The notes beneath the pieces are model-generated. The model was not told the DNA's origin and searched no databases. It saw only the letters and a program-made list of their open reading frames with translations. Of a DNA stretch of 64,000 nucleotides, positions 1-8,943 are shown piece by piece. Positions within the stretch are counted from its first letter, which is position 1, and each line of letters starts with the position of its first letter. Where the stretch lies: sequence record MN159079.1; one strand, written 5' to 3'. Made by a program: the position numbers and the translations under genes.

Positions 1-765
1 CGGGTTATCAGTAAAGGTCCAGTTCAGTCCTTCTTCAACCAGGTTGTATTCACTACCAGCACTGGCGTTCCCCGAAACACCCCAGAGACTTTCCATACCA
101 CCGGCATCAGCAAGTGCGTTGTTCGGCGTTTTACGAATGTATCCCAGGTTCTTGGCTTTCTTAAAGCTACCATCGAAATGCTTTTCGAATATAGCTTTGC
201 CCCGTTCAAAACCCTCGTTGCCAGAAGTCTCGAGTGACATCTCGTAACCATTTATGAGGTGGTCCAAAACGCTGTGGGACATGTTCAAAAGAGCATAAGA
301 ACCTGATCGGAACATTACGTCTTTAATGATTTGAGCCAGGTCTTTCTCAAAGGGGTATTGTGTTGTGAAATACTTCTTTACTGACGAGATCAAGTTGTCG
401 TGGAGTTCCACGTTCTTCATGTCGGTATTTTCAGTAAGGAAGTTCAATATGTTACGCTGATCCCCATTAGGTTTCAGCAACAGAGTAACCCAGAGATCCT
501 CGGCACGTTTTATCAACTGTGTGACTGAACGAAGATCGGTACTCGCTTGTGTGTTGTTAGAGATGATATCGGAAAGTTTACGTACCTTGCGATAATCTGC
601 CTTGGACTTCTCATCACGATCCCGATTACCACGAATATCGCGATCGGCAACCATGAGAGATTGCATCCCCTTCTCCACCGGAGTGAGGTTTTCCATACGG
701 GCCTTCATCACTGTCTTATCGACAGGAGCAAACCCCTTTGGAACACCCTTCTGTTTAGTGCTCAT
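1..765 (-). CDS. Probable portal protein (phiKZ gp129-like), 5' part only; runs off the window start
   Basis: Missing from the ORF track because there is no stop in the window. Manual translation from ATG 765 (SD GGAGA) is open to base 1: MSTKQKGVPKGFAP...DVMFRSGSYALL...SGNEGF...GGMESLW...WTFTDNP. GSY/TDNP motifs, G-x-E head-protease-type sites and the head-to-head position with a baseplate gene match my recollection of phiKZ-like portals. Confidence 0.55.
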   Translation of the reverse strand, partial: MSTKQKGVPKGFAPVDKTVMKARMENLTPVEKGMQSLMVADRDIRGNRDRDEKSKADYRKVRKLSDIISNNTQASTDLRSVTQLIKRAEDLWVTLLLKPNGDQRNILNFLTENTDMKNVELHDNLISSVKKYFTTQYPFEKDLAQIIKDVMFRSGSYALLNMSHSVLDHLINGYEMSLETSGNEGFERGKAIFEKHFDGSFKKAKNLGYIRKTPNNALADAGGMESLWGVSGNASAGSEYNLVEEGLNWTFTDNP

Positions 766-785
766 ATTTCTCCCTAGGAAAGATT

Positions 786-2918
786 ATGTTGAACAATATT
801 GAATACAACGCTTATTTAATGAAGAATCTGGCATTGGCCAGAACGATCGTCATTAAGTGCGAAGACATCGCATTACTGGATAACCAGGCGATGGAAGATC
901 ACTATGGAATCGAAATAGGTTCGGACCGCACACAATGGCGTTACTATCTCAACCTGAATGGCGAGTATCACCAGACTGACGAAATGATGCGCGTCCAATC
1001 CCTGGATAATGGTGAGATGATTGATTTCACCAAACAGAACCTGGACCTGCACCTCGCCACAAAACGTGCATACCGTGAAGGTAGTTATTACTTCTCTAGA
1101 CTAACCGAAAAATACCAAGGTCAGTCAGAATTGATTAAGGGCATCATAAACCCTATTCCACCGTCAGAATCGATCCCAGCAAAGAATTACCAGATACTCA
1201 GGTATAACACAGACCAGGTTCTTTGGAATGAGTATCAGTTGATCCCGGCGCTGCAACGACACGTCTACAACCTTGTAGAGACATTCTTCAAAACAGAATA
1301 CATCTACACCGATGACCTGATGCTCACCATATTGCTGACACATCTCCATGCGTCCCTCTTCTCGGCTATTCTTCAGATACGCGAAGATGCTGATGGAACA
1401 CGTTATGCGCATGAGTTCCACATTTGGTCCAGACTCACTTCGTTGGGTATGTCCCCGATCTACAAACAAGTGCTCGATCGTAAACAGACCATGTGGTTCT
1501 ACCGTAACCTGGATTACGTGCTTAGGAAACAAGGTCGTCGTCAAACCTTCGATGAACTGACAGACATCATACTGACTCATCGCCGCATTCCGTTGTCCCG
1601 ACACATCACGTTGCAGAACACTGAAAACATGTTGGAGTCGATCACACCGGAACCGATGTTCCAAAGTCAGCCGGTTAACAAGATCACTGGTCTGGGTTCC
1701 AACTTCCAGTTGTGGAGTGTACAGGATGTAATAAGGAAAGAGATTCCCCTGGCACTCGACAACGAAGAGAATAGGGACACCAACCAACTGTTGACAGAAC
1801 ACCGTATCAAGTACGGACTCCACTCTGATATTCCAACCAAGGTTCTGGAATCCACAATGGTGGACGTAACCGATCGAAACCCCAATTCGATAATGCGTGT
1901 TCTGAACAATCAGTGGCTCTATATGGCTAAGAATAATCTCTATGTCATAAACCACGATTTCACTGATCTGAGAACAGGGAAACATTTCCGTCTGAACACC
2001 AAGGAAGCGTATATCCTTTGGGCTTACCTGGTGAACCGTTATACCGGTAACACCACAGAGCGTATTGGTTATTACACCTACTATCGAGCTGCCAAACAGA
2101 CTGTACCTACCTACAAGGAACTTATGCTTTTAGGGTACGATAAGATCCTGTCTGAGAAGCTCTGTAAGGACATTGTGGCGAGTTGCCCTGACATTGTTAA
2201 GGTTATCTCGCCCTCAACGTTTTATAACACATGTCGTGACATCATGGACGCTGATTGGAATCAGTCTAAAATGAGAACTGTCGTCATGAACATGTTCTGG
2301 GAAGCGCAAACCGGCAACGCTATTGAGGCTTGTTACGAGACAGGAACTGTTTCCTTCGCGGATGGTAACAAAACCTATCACCAATGGTTAACCGAACACG
2401 ACCTTTCATTCGAAGATTACTCTCAAGATGAACTGTTGGATCTTGCTTGGGCGGTGTGGCAAAAGGTTACTGGTTGGGATAACGCAGTCATTCTCTCTTT
2501 GGGAGATCAGCAGCGTGCACTCATCAACCTGATGAAAGACCTGACTAGCTACACCGTTCAATACATCGGTTCTACCGAGAATGATCTTGGTTGGGTACGG
2601 CTTGGCTTCCAACCCATGATGGAATCTGATTTCTTCAAACAAGTAGGTCCTGACGATCCCGGTACTGGGTTGGTCAATGAGATGGAACAGATACTCCCTG
2701 GCATTTATAAGGGTGTTCCTGAGATGTCTCTTGAAACCAAGAGTAAACCTATGTCGGTGGAAGGTGACATGATAGAATCTATTTACATGGAGTCTATTGC
2801 TCATGCTTACCTCAAGGATGGTTCCCACCTTAAACCTGTACCTCTAGATGCGAGTCAGTCGGTAAGAGCTAATCTGTTTATGGCTCTCACTCTGAGACCC
2901 GTTCCAATAGAGGGATAG
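786..2918 (+). CDS. Virion structural protein, baseplate-wedge-like (phiKZ gp128-like), 710 aa
   Basis: Long ORF with SD AGGAA. N-terminal W(R/K)YYLNLNGEYH.TD..M...SLD motif typical of phiKZ-like baseplate proteins; structural gene context. Confidence 0.6.
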   Translation: MLNNIEYNAYLMKNLALARTIVIKCEDIALLDNQAMEDHYGIEIGSDRTQWRYYLNLNGEYHQTDEMMRVQSLDNGEMIDFTKQNLDLHLATKRAYREGSYYFSRLTEKYQGQSELIKGIINPIPPSESIPAKNYQILRYNTDQVLWNEYQLIPALQRHVYNLVETFFKTEYIYTDDLMLTILLTHLHASLFSAILQIREDADGTRYAHEFHIWSRLTSLGMSPIYKQVLDRKQTMWFYRNLDYVLRKQGRRQTFDELTDIILTHRRIPLSRHITLQNTENMLESITPEPMFQSQPVNKITGLGSNFQLWSVQDVIRKEIPLALDNEENRDTNQLLTEHRIKYGLHSDIPTKVLESTMVDVTDRNPNSIMRVLNNQWLYMAKNNLYVINHDFTDLRTGKHFRLNTKEAYILWAYLVNRYTGNTTERIGYYTYYRAAKQTVPTYKELMLLGYDKILSEKLCKDIVASCPDIVKVISPSTFYNTCRDIMDADWNQSKMRTVVMNMFWEAQTGNAIEACYETGTVSFADGNKTYHQWLTEHDLSFEDYSQDELLDLAWAVWQKVTGWDNAVILSLGDQQRALINLMKDLTSYTVQYIGSTENDLGWVRLGFQPMMESDFFKQVGPDDPGTGLVNEMEQILPGIYKGVPEMSLETKSKPMSVEGDMIESIYMESIAHAYLKDGSHLKPVPLDASQSVRANLFMALTLRPVPIEG

Positions 2919-2920
2919 AT

Positions 2921-3250
2921 ATGAATCGATTAACACGATACTATCCAGGGGATTGTATAGTTCGTGTAGTTGCGCATGGAGAGTACGTTTTGACTCTCCT
3001 TGTCGACGATAGTCATGTCAAACACGATAAAATCAACCTGGCTTGTCTCAATGCCTACAAGCTTGAAACAAGTTCAAAAACAGAACTCACTGGGAGAATG
3101 ATCAGTCGAATCGTTTTTCCTTATTACGACGATCTCTATGCTGAAGATATTGACCGCATAGAAGATAACGGTGGATTTTACACAATCTACATTCGTAAAG
3201 GAGTTCTTGTTCATTTCGGTCATTTCAACATATATAAGAGGGATAAGTAA
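2921..3250 (+). CDS. Hypothetical protein, 109 aa
   Basis: Tightly packed ORF with SD GAGG, coupled to both neighbours. Confidence 0.6.
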   Translation: MNRLTRYYPGDCIVRVVAHGEYVLTLLVDDSHVKHDKINLACLNAYKLETSSKTELTGRMISRIVFPYYDDLYAEDIDRIEDNGGFYTIYIRKGVLVHFGHFNIYKRDK

Positions 3251-4170
3251 TGGCTCAACAAATCGACAACAACCGTCAGAAGAGTATTCTTCCCAACCAG
3301 CTGGTTTCTCCCACTGGTATCGGTGTCGTTGTCTCCGCCGCAATCAACTGTAACCGCCCTGTGGACATTCCCAAGTACACCACACTGAATGAACACTTCA
3401 ACGTTCTGGCTGATGAGTCCATCGGTAAAAAGAACGGGAAAGATTTCCAACTGGCTTACTTCGGTATCGGTATCGGTGGTTCCCGTTCTATCGGCGAAGA
3501 CAGCTTTGGCCTGGAAGACCGCAAGGTAAACCAGCATAAGGCCACCGACTTCAACGCTTTCCACGGCATTCCGTTTATCGCCCGTGAACTCAGCAATGAC
3601 CTCGACCCGGTTCTGCGGGATCAGTATCGTCTCCGTGTCGTACGGAAGATCGGTGAAAAGATCTACGTTCTCTACTTCCTGAAGCTGATCAACTTCGATA
3701 GCTTTGCGCCGAGCATGAAGGTCGGTACCCGTGATCCGGCCACTGGTAATGAAACCAGTTATCCGTACGAACCCAAGAAAGAAGACCTTCAGCCGACTCC
3801 GTTCCAACTGACAGTGCAGGACTCCATTCCGTTGTCCAATACCTATGTTCACGGGACCGGGACTCTGGATCTCACCCTGAACGTGGACGATCTCCACGAG
3901 ATCCGTAACGCCTGTCGTATCCTCTACGGTAACGCCAACAAAGCAGCGATCAATGAATGGTACGTGTGCCATGGCATTGAGACCCGCAACGACGGTGAAA
4001 TCGGTGAAGGTGGTACAGTGGTTTATAAGGAACTGCAATCCGCAGTTGTCTCCTTTAACATCACTGAAGCTTGGGCGCGTGACGCGAACGCGAATACCAA
4101 GATGCCGTGCTTCTTCGAATACGGTAACTCCCTCCCCCTGTTGGTTGGTAGCGACGAACTGGCTGGTTAA
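3250..4170 (+). CDS. Virion structural protein conserved in phiKZ-like phages, 306 aa
   Basis: YFGIGIGG and H..TD...F..IPFI.R...NDL....R..YRLR motifs recalled from phiKZ-like baseplate-region proteins; TAATG coupling to the upstream gene. Confidence 0.65.
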   Translation: MAQQIDNNRQKSILPNQLVSPTGIGVVVSAAINCNRPVDIPKYTTLNEHFNVLADESIGKKNGKDFQLAYFGIGIGGSRSIGEDSFGLEDRKVNQHKATDFNAFHGIPFIARELSNDLDPVLRDQYRLRVVRKIGEKIYVLYFLKLINFDSFAPSMKVGTRDPATGNETSYPYEPKKEDLQPTPFQLTVQDSIPLSNTYVHGTGTLDLTLNVDDLHEIRNACRILYGNANKAAINEWYVCHGIETRNDGEIGEGGTVVYKELQSAVVSFNITEAWARDANANTKMPCFFEYGNSLPLLVGSDELAG

Positions 4171-4185
4171 TAAAGAGGTTCTGTC

Positions 4186-4806
4186 ATGTCTCAAAAACAA
4201 CAGAACCTGTATCTCTCCCTGAAAGCCGGGGAGAGTGTTCTTTCTCTTATTCCTGCCCTGAACAAACGGTATGGTTTGTCATTGGACCCCAACAAGTATC
4301 ATGACGATACCGTTGAACATGACGAACTTACTCGCTTGTCAGGTGGGTTGGTGAGTAAAGAAACAGGTGAACTGGATTGGATAGTTATTGATTCTTCCGA
4401 TGGCTCAGGTAAGAATACTGTCCTCCCAATGGCTCAATTCAAGAATCCCAAAAAGCTGCTGCAAACAGAGATAAGCCGATATTCGTGCATTCAGATCAAC
4501 ACTTATAAGGAGATCGAATTCCTTGAACAAGTAAGTGTTGGTGTTTCTAACAATATCGGCTTTAACGGTTCCGACGCACCCAGACTTCTTATGGAGTTGA
4601 TGAATCGATACGGTATCGGTTCTGGGTGGAGTTGTAACCATGGTCGTGGAAACACTACCGCAGGTTTCACGCTTCTCCATTTAGGTAAGCCTGAGACCAT
4701 TCCCAGTGAATATCTCGCCAACAGTAATGTGGATTATGTTGCCGTCGTCGAATTGGAAACCTACACTGGGAAAGCGGTATACAGCTTGACAGTGGGTAAA
4801 TTATGA
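4186..4806 (+). CDS. Hypothetical (probable structural) protein, 206 aa
   Basis: ORF with SD GAGG; overlaps the ruvC start. Confidence 0.6.
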   Translation: MSQKQQNLYLSLKAGESVLSLIPALNKRYGLSLDPNKYHDDTVEHDELTRLSGGLVSKETGELDWIVIDSSDGSGKNTVLPMAQFKNPKKLLQTEISRYSCIQINTYKEIEFLEQVSVGVSNNIGFNGSDAPRLLMELMNRYGIGSGWSCNHGRGNTTAGFTLLHLGKPETIPSEYLANSNVDYVAVVELETYTGKAVYSLTVGKL

Positions 4807-5390
4807 CAGTACGTATCTTGGGGATTGACCCTGGCATCTCTAGCCTTGGTTTGAGCTGCATCGAGCTCGATCCCTACGAGAAGAAACCTTTCAAACTCAT
4901 CTATGCTGAAACAGCGAACGGTGAGTACAACGAGTTTGGCATAAGAGCGGATAACCCTCACCAGGTCAGAGCTAAAGGTTTGACCCGGGTTTACTCTTAT
5001 GTTTTTGATAAGTTCGAACCTCACGTGGTTGCTTGCGAAGATAACTTCCTCGGAATCAACCCTGCTTCCTTTAAGCGACTCATCGAAGTAGTCTCCTACT
5101 TCAACATCCACACTGTTACCAATAAGAAAGACGCTGCATTCCGTCTCGTTCTCCCCCGATTGGCTAAACAGATTGTGGATGCTGACTTCCGTGGTGCTAC
5201 CAAAGATGATGTTAAAATCGGGCTGGCTAAGTGTGAGTTCTTGGACTTGAATGGGTTTGATCTCGATCTTTTGACTGAGCACGCTCATGACGCCATCCTC
5301 TTGGCGGTTTATTTGGGTGTCCAGTACTATAAGGACCTCGGATGGGATTTGATCCATGATAAAAAGAGTAAAGCCTCAGCCAAGACCTGA
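4803..5390 (+). CDS. ruvC: Holliday junction resolvase RuvC-like
   Basis: RILGIDPG (catalytic Asp), VACED (catalytic Glu), GATKDDV and C-terminal HAHDAI motifs of the RuvC/RNase H fold. Confidence 0.88.
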   Translation: MTVRILGIDPGISSLGLSCIELDPYEKKPFKLIYAETANGEYNEFGIRADNPHQVRAKGLTRVYSYVFDKFEPHVVACEDNFLGINPASFKRLIEVVSYFNIHTVTNKKDAAFRLVLPRLAKQIVDADFRGATKDDVKIGLAKCEFLDLNGFDLDLLTEHAHDAILLAVYLGVQYYKDLGWDLIHDKKSKASAKT

Positions 5391-6066
5391 TCGCTGGGAT
5401 TGGATACCGCTGACTCTCCGGTCAGTCTCCGGTTTCAACTCGTGCATCACGGTTGCTCTTACATCCGTTATCTTTATGGTCACCATTCGTGACGCTGTGT
5501 TAGCATCTACGATAGGGTGGTTCAATGGGGTCACTATCACCATCATGACGGTGGCTCCTATTGTTATTGCCTGGCATTTTACTAATGCTCGTGGTATGCT
5601 GGAAAAGGTTCTCAAGATGCCTCCATCCGAAGATGGGCTGGTAGAATCGGTTAAATCCGAAGTTCAATCAGCACATAACTCGCTTGGTAATCTCGAGACT
5701 TGTACAACTGAAGAATGTGATCAACACACCATCCCGCAAGGACTTGGTGTAATCACTGAGAGGGACGTCGGTATCGAACGTGAGATCTTTGGTTTCACAA
5801 CGGTACTCCTTAGGGCCATCGCTGGTTTCATCGCCTCCCATGCTATCTGTATGGGGAGTATCATTTATACCTTCACTATTCGTAGTGCTGTTATAACGGG
5901 TAAAGGGATGCCAGGGGATGTGGAAGTCTTTCTTGCAATCATCGGCCCTGTGATTACTAGCTGGAGCTTTATGCGTGCAGCTAATACGATCAGTGCATTG
6001 ATGACCGGGACAACCGCAGTGATTAAGATGCGGAAACGTATAGCGGAGTTAATTTCTCCAAAGTAA
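5356..6066 (+). CDS. Four-TM inner-membrane protein, holin candidate, 236 aa
   Basis: Two pairs of hydrophobic helices around a polar acidic loop, with basic N- and C-termini; convergent with the spanin pair. Holin function is inference. Confidence 0.5.
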   Translation: MIKRVKPQPRPDRWDWIPLTLRSVSGFNSCITVALTSVIFMVTIRDAVLASTIGWFNGVTITIMTVAPIVIAWHFTNARGMLEKVLKMPPSEDGLVESVKSEVQSAHNSLGNLETCTTEECDQHTIPQGLGVITERDVGIEREIFGFTTVLLRAIAGFIASHAICMGSIIYTFTIRSAVITGKGMPGDVEVFLAIIGPVITSWSFMRAANTISALMTGTTAVIKMRKRIAELISPK

Positions 6067-6069
6067 TAA

Positions 6070-6109
6070 AGACCCCCTACCCCGTCCTTTCGGATGGGGT
6101 AGGGGTTTT
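6070..6109. terminator. Bidirectional intrinsic terminator
   Basis: CCCCTACCCCGTCC-TTTC-GGATGGGGTAGGGG stem-loop with A-tract before and T-tract after, between convergent genes. Confidence 0.85.
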
Positions 6110-6119
6110 GTCAGTACAC

Positions 6120-6572
6120 TTATTTTTTCTTGACGTAGTCCTTGTTAAACTCGTCGATGATCTTATTAATGTTAATAATGAGCTGATCAATGGTACTCCT
6201 GAGGGCATTGATCGTTTCTGCGTCATTATCCAACTCTTTGGTTGTGGCAATAAGTATCAGTCGTGTCGAATTGTAACAAGCGTCTTTGGCAACGGTTTTG
6301 GTGCAGTCGTTTTGACTCAAGAATTGACCGAGTTGCTCCATCCTTGCTTGTTTAGGTTTCCATCCAGGGGAGTAAACCTCAGCAGGAATGAGAGTCAGGT
6401 CATCCTTCATTAACTGCAACTGATCTTTATAAAGCTGGAGCTTTGCCAGTTCCGTCTTCATCTCCACGTACGTGCCCGCTGCGGTTACTTTGGGCTGTGA
6501 GGCGCAACTGGTCATTATAAAGATCATCGAGAGGACTATTGCCATCCGACTCACTATATCCGTAAGTTTCAT
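6120..6572 (-). CDS. Outer-membrane lipoprotein, o-spanin (Rz1-like), 150 aa
   Basis: Re-called start at ATG 6572: MKLTDIVSRMAIVLSMIFIMTS-C-ASQP is a lipoprotein signal with a lipobox-like MTSC. The 5' end overlaps the i-spanin by 146 bp in another frame. Confidence 0.7.
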   Translation of the reverse strand: MKLTDIVSRMAIVLSMIFIMTSCASQPKVTAAGTYVEMKTELAKLQLYKDQLQLMKDDLTLIPAEVYSPGWKPKQARMEQLGQFLSQNDCTKTVAKDACYNSTRLILIATTKELDNDAETINALRSTIDQLIININKIIDEFNKDYVKKK

Positions 6573-6864
6573 AGATATCCTTGTATCCACGTTTAAGCAA
6601 CTGATTGTTGACAATGAGTTGACGTTCCAACCCAGCTGCCCACTCACGCTGTGCAACCGCCGCCTTGGCTATTTCATCAGAGACCTTGGCGAAGTTATCG
6701 ACAGCGCTTACCAGTTGATTGACCGTGGCCGTATTCAGTTTATTCGGATCTTCCCGGAAGAATGTGCTGTACATAAATCCGAGTACCAAAATCCAGATAC
6801 CTATCACAGCAAAGAGTTTCGTCTTCGCTCCTTCAGTACCCGGGATAGATGGGAGTCCTAACAT
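6427..6864 (-). CDS. Inner-membrane i-spanin (Rz-like), 145 aa
   Basis: Single N-terminal TM (LFAVIGIWILVLGFMYSTFF) followed by an Ala/Gln-rich coiled coil; overlaps a downstream lipoprotein gene, the classic two-component spanin layout. Confidence 0.7.
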   Translation of the reverse strand: MLGLPSIPGTEGAKTKLFAVIGIWILVLGFMYSTFFREDPNKLNTATVNQLVSAVDNFAKVSDEIAKAAVAQREWAAGLERQLIVNNQLLKRGYKDIYETYGYSESDGNSPLDDLYNDQLRLTAQSNRSGHVRGDEDGTGKAPAL

Positions 6865-6865
6865 C

Positions 6866-8098
6866 TTATTTCACCTTGAAATTGATGCCGTGGATCTTAA
6901 AGAAGAACCCTTTCACCAGAGTGCAGGGATTCCCTTGGTTGACATACATGGAGTTAACCTTATGACCGCCAAGTGTACCCGTCGTCTGGATCGGGTAAAT
7001 CCTGTTGATCCTGAGGTCCACGTTTAAGATACGCTGCTTTATCCCGTAAGAACGCATATACGGAACAGGGAACAGCCCGTTGTCGAGCACAATAGGATGC
7101 TGGAAGCGTTCCTCGGTGTGCATCGCACTGGGGTAGAGGAAAGTGGTCAAAGGGACCAAATCCACTGCCAGTGTTGGGTTATCAATCAGCACGAGGAAGG
7201 AGTTGTGCATAGTCAGTGCTTCTTCCTTATACTGATCAAGTTTCGTCATATCCTTAAGTTCCGGAGTGACGGTATAATTACTGAATACCTGGTGATGACG
7301 CATCGCATCAAAACCATGAAGTCTTACTGAAAGATGATCAGAACTCACTCGGTCCAACATATCCTGGTCAACAAGCAGTTGACCATTCACAACAATCCAA
7401 ACGGTCCTGTTGTCAAGCTTGTTTGCACCGACCTTGATCTTCCAACGTCGTTCACCATTACTAGGTACGGTGGTCAGCATATCCTTGGTGATCGGCAGTG
7501 TGGTGACTTTACCGAGCTTCTCAAAGGACATAGCGCCGATACGAAGATCCTGTTTCTTCTTGATGTAGTCATTCCCGGCACCAAGGAGATAGATCCCATC
7601 TTGACGCCCGATAGACCTGTAGAAGACACCGTTACATGTGAACAAAGCGTGATCAGATTGCTTGTTGTAATTGATCCCTGACTTGTACATGTAGTGCTTT
7701 ACCAGGAGGTCAGGAGCCCCGTCTGACAAGAGGTCTGACTGTCTATCCTTTGTAAGGTTTATATCACCTGGGAAGTGGAAATAGCCGTGAGTGAACAATC
7801 GTTCCAGTTTCACGTACTCGGCTTTATCTTCCGGGATGACATTGCTGGTTTTCAAAATGGTTGTTTTCTGAAGATCCAACCACTCTTGGATGACAAGATC
7901 AGAGTTAGCGATGAAGCTAGCGTGATGGTCTTCCAAAGTGATACAAATCTTCTCTTTGTACATTTCATCATTGACGACTATGTAGAGCATGGAGAACAGT
8001 TTATCCAGGTCACCTAGTCGGTAATTAGAAATGTCTGCAAAGTGGTAACCAGGAATGTATCCCTTATACCGCCCAACCGCATATAAGTATTTGTACAT
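6866..8098 (-). CDS. Conserved phiKZ-like virion structural protein, 410 aa
   Basis: Long ORF with LFTCNG.F, VNGQL and HP..L.NG..P.Y motifs recalled from phiKZ-like structural proteins. Confidence 0.6.
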   Translation of the reverse strand: MYKYLYAVGRYKGYIPGYHFADISNYRLGDLDKLFSMLYIVVNDEMYKEKICITLEDHHASFIANSDLVIQEWLDLQKTTILKTSNVIPEDKAEYVKLERLFTHGYFHFPGDINLTKDRQSDLLSDGAPDLLVKHYMYKSGINYNKQSDHALFTCNGVFYRSIGRQDGIYLLGAGNDYIKKKQDLRIGAMSFEKLGKVTTLPITKDMLTTVPSNGERRWKIKVGANKLDNRTVWIVVNGQLLVDQDMLDRVSSDHLSVRLHGFDAMRHHQVFSNYTVTPELKDMTKLDQYKEEALTMHNSFLVLIDNPTLAVDLVPLTTFLYPSAMHTEERFQHPIVLDNGLFPVPYMRSYGIKQRILNVDLRINRIYPIQTTGTLGGHKVNSMYVNQGNPCTLVKGFFFKIHGINFKVK

Positions 8099-8128
8099 AT
8101 TCTTTCCTAATTGTTTACGAGGTTCTGC

Positions 8129-8884
8129 ATGGCAAACAATTCAATTAAGGGGCTTCCGGTCTACCCCTGGAACCCTTTCAACGACATGACGATTAACGAG
8201 ATCAAAGGTGAAATCGTTAACGTGCAACCGACTCCTGGTGGGTCTATCATCATTCCACGCTGCGCTCCCTTCTTTGCGAGAGGGCTCAAAGTCATACACC
8301 GTGCATCGGGACGGGAATTGGAATTGAAGAAGGGTGAATTCTCACTTCTTTATCCGTTCGGCTCTTTCATTTCCAGGTACAGCCAACTGGTGTATAGTGG
8401 GATACTGATCAACGGTGTCACAGAGCCCACTAACTTTGAGCTTGAGTACAGCACCATAGGCGGTGATTTCGTACTGGATGATGTTGCTTACGCTCAGGCT
8501 GTGGCCAACACACTCACCAGCCCACGACGCGCTGATTGGAGCGAACTTGTTAACCTTCCGCCTGCCTGGCCGGCAGATCCCCACGATCATCCCGCATCGG
8601 ATACCTTTAACTACTCCGATATGATCATCGCCCTCCAAAGTTACATCGACGCCATGACTGGCGGCGGTAACCCGGAATCTATCAAGTCCTTACTGGATGA
8701 TCACTTGAAGGCTGACCTCCAGGACGCTCACAAAGCCACACTGGGCGATCTCGGGATTAAGAATCTCCAAGACTGGGCTATGGCAAAACAAGAAGATATT
8801 GGCGGTAATTCAGAAGAGTTGCTCGTTAATATCAACGTGCTGAAGGCTGCGATCAGGCAACATGCCGCAGGGCAATGGCAATAA
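8129..8884 (+). CDS. Tail fibre/baseplate-associated structural protein, 251 aa
   Basis: Start re-called to ATG 8129 (SD GAGG). IIPRCAPFF, YSTIGG and W..L.N.P..WP...H.HP motifs are shared with the N-termini of the downstream fibre paralogs. Confidence 0.7.
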   Translation: MANNSIKGLPVYPWNPFNDMTINEIKGEIVNVQPTPGGSIIIPRCAPFFARGLKVIHRASGRELELKKGEFSLLYPFGSFISRYSQLVYSGILINGVTEPTNFELEYSTIGGDFVLDDVAYAQAVANTLTSPRRADWSELVNLPPAWPADPHDHPASDTFNYSDMIIALQSYIDAMTGGGNPESIKSLLDDHLKADLQDAHKATLGDLGIKNLQDWAMAKQEDIGGNSEELLVNINVLKAAIRQHAAGQWQ

Positions 8885-8895
8885 CCCTAATACAT

Positions 8896-8926
8896 AAGGA
8901 GGGGGTCTGATGACTCCCTCCTTTTA
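8896..8926 (+). terminator. Intrinsic terminator
   Basis: AAGGAGGGGGTC-TGAT-GACTCCCTCCTT followed by TT. Confidence 0.75.
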
Positions 8927-8943
8927 TTCCGCAGGAAATTAAC

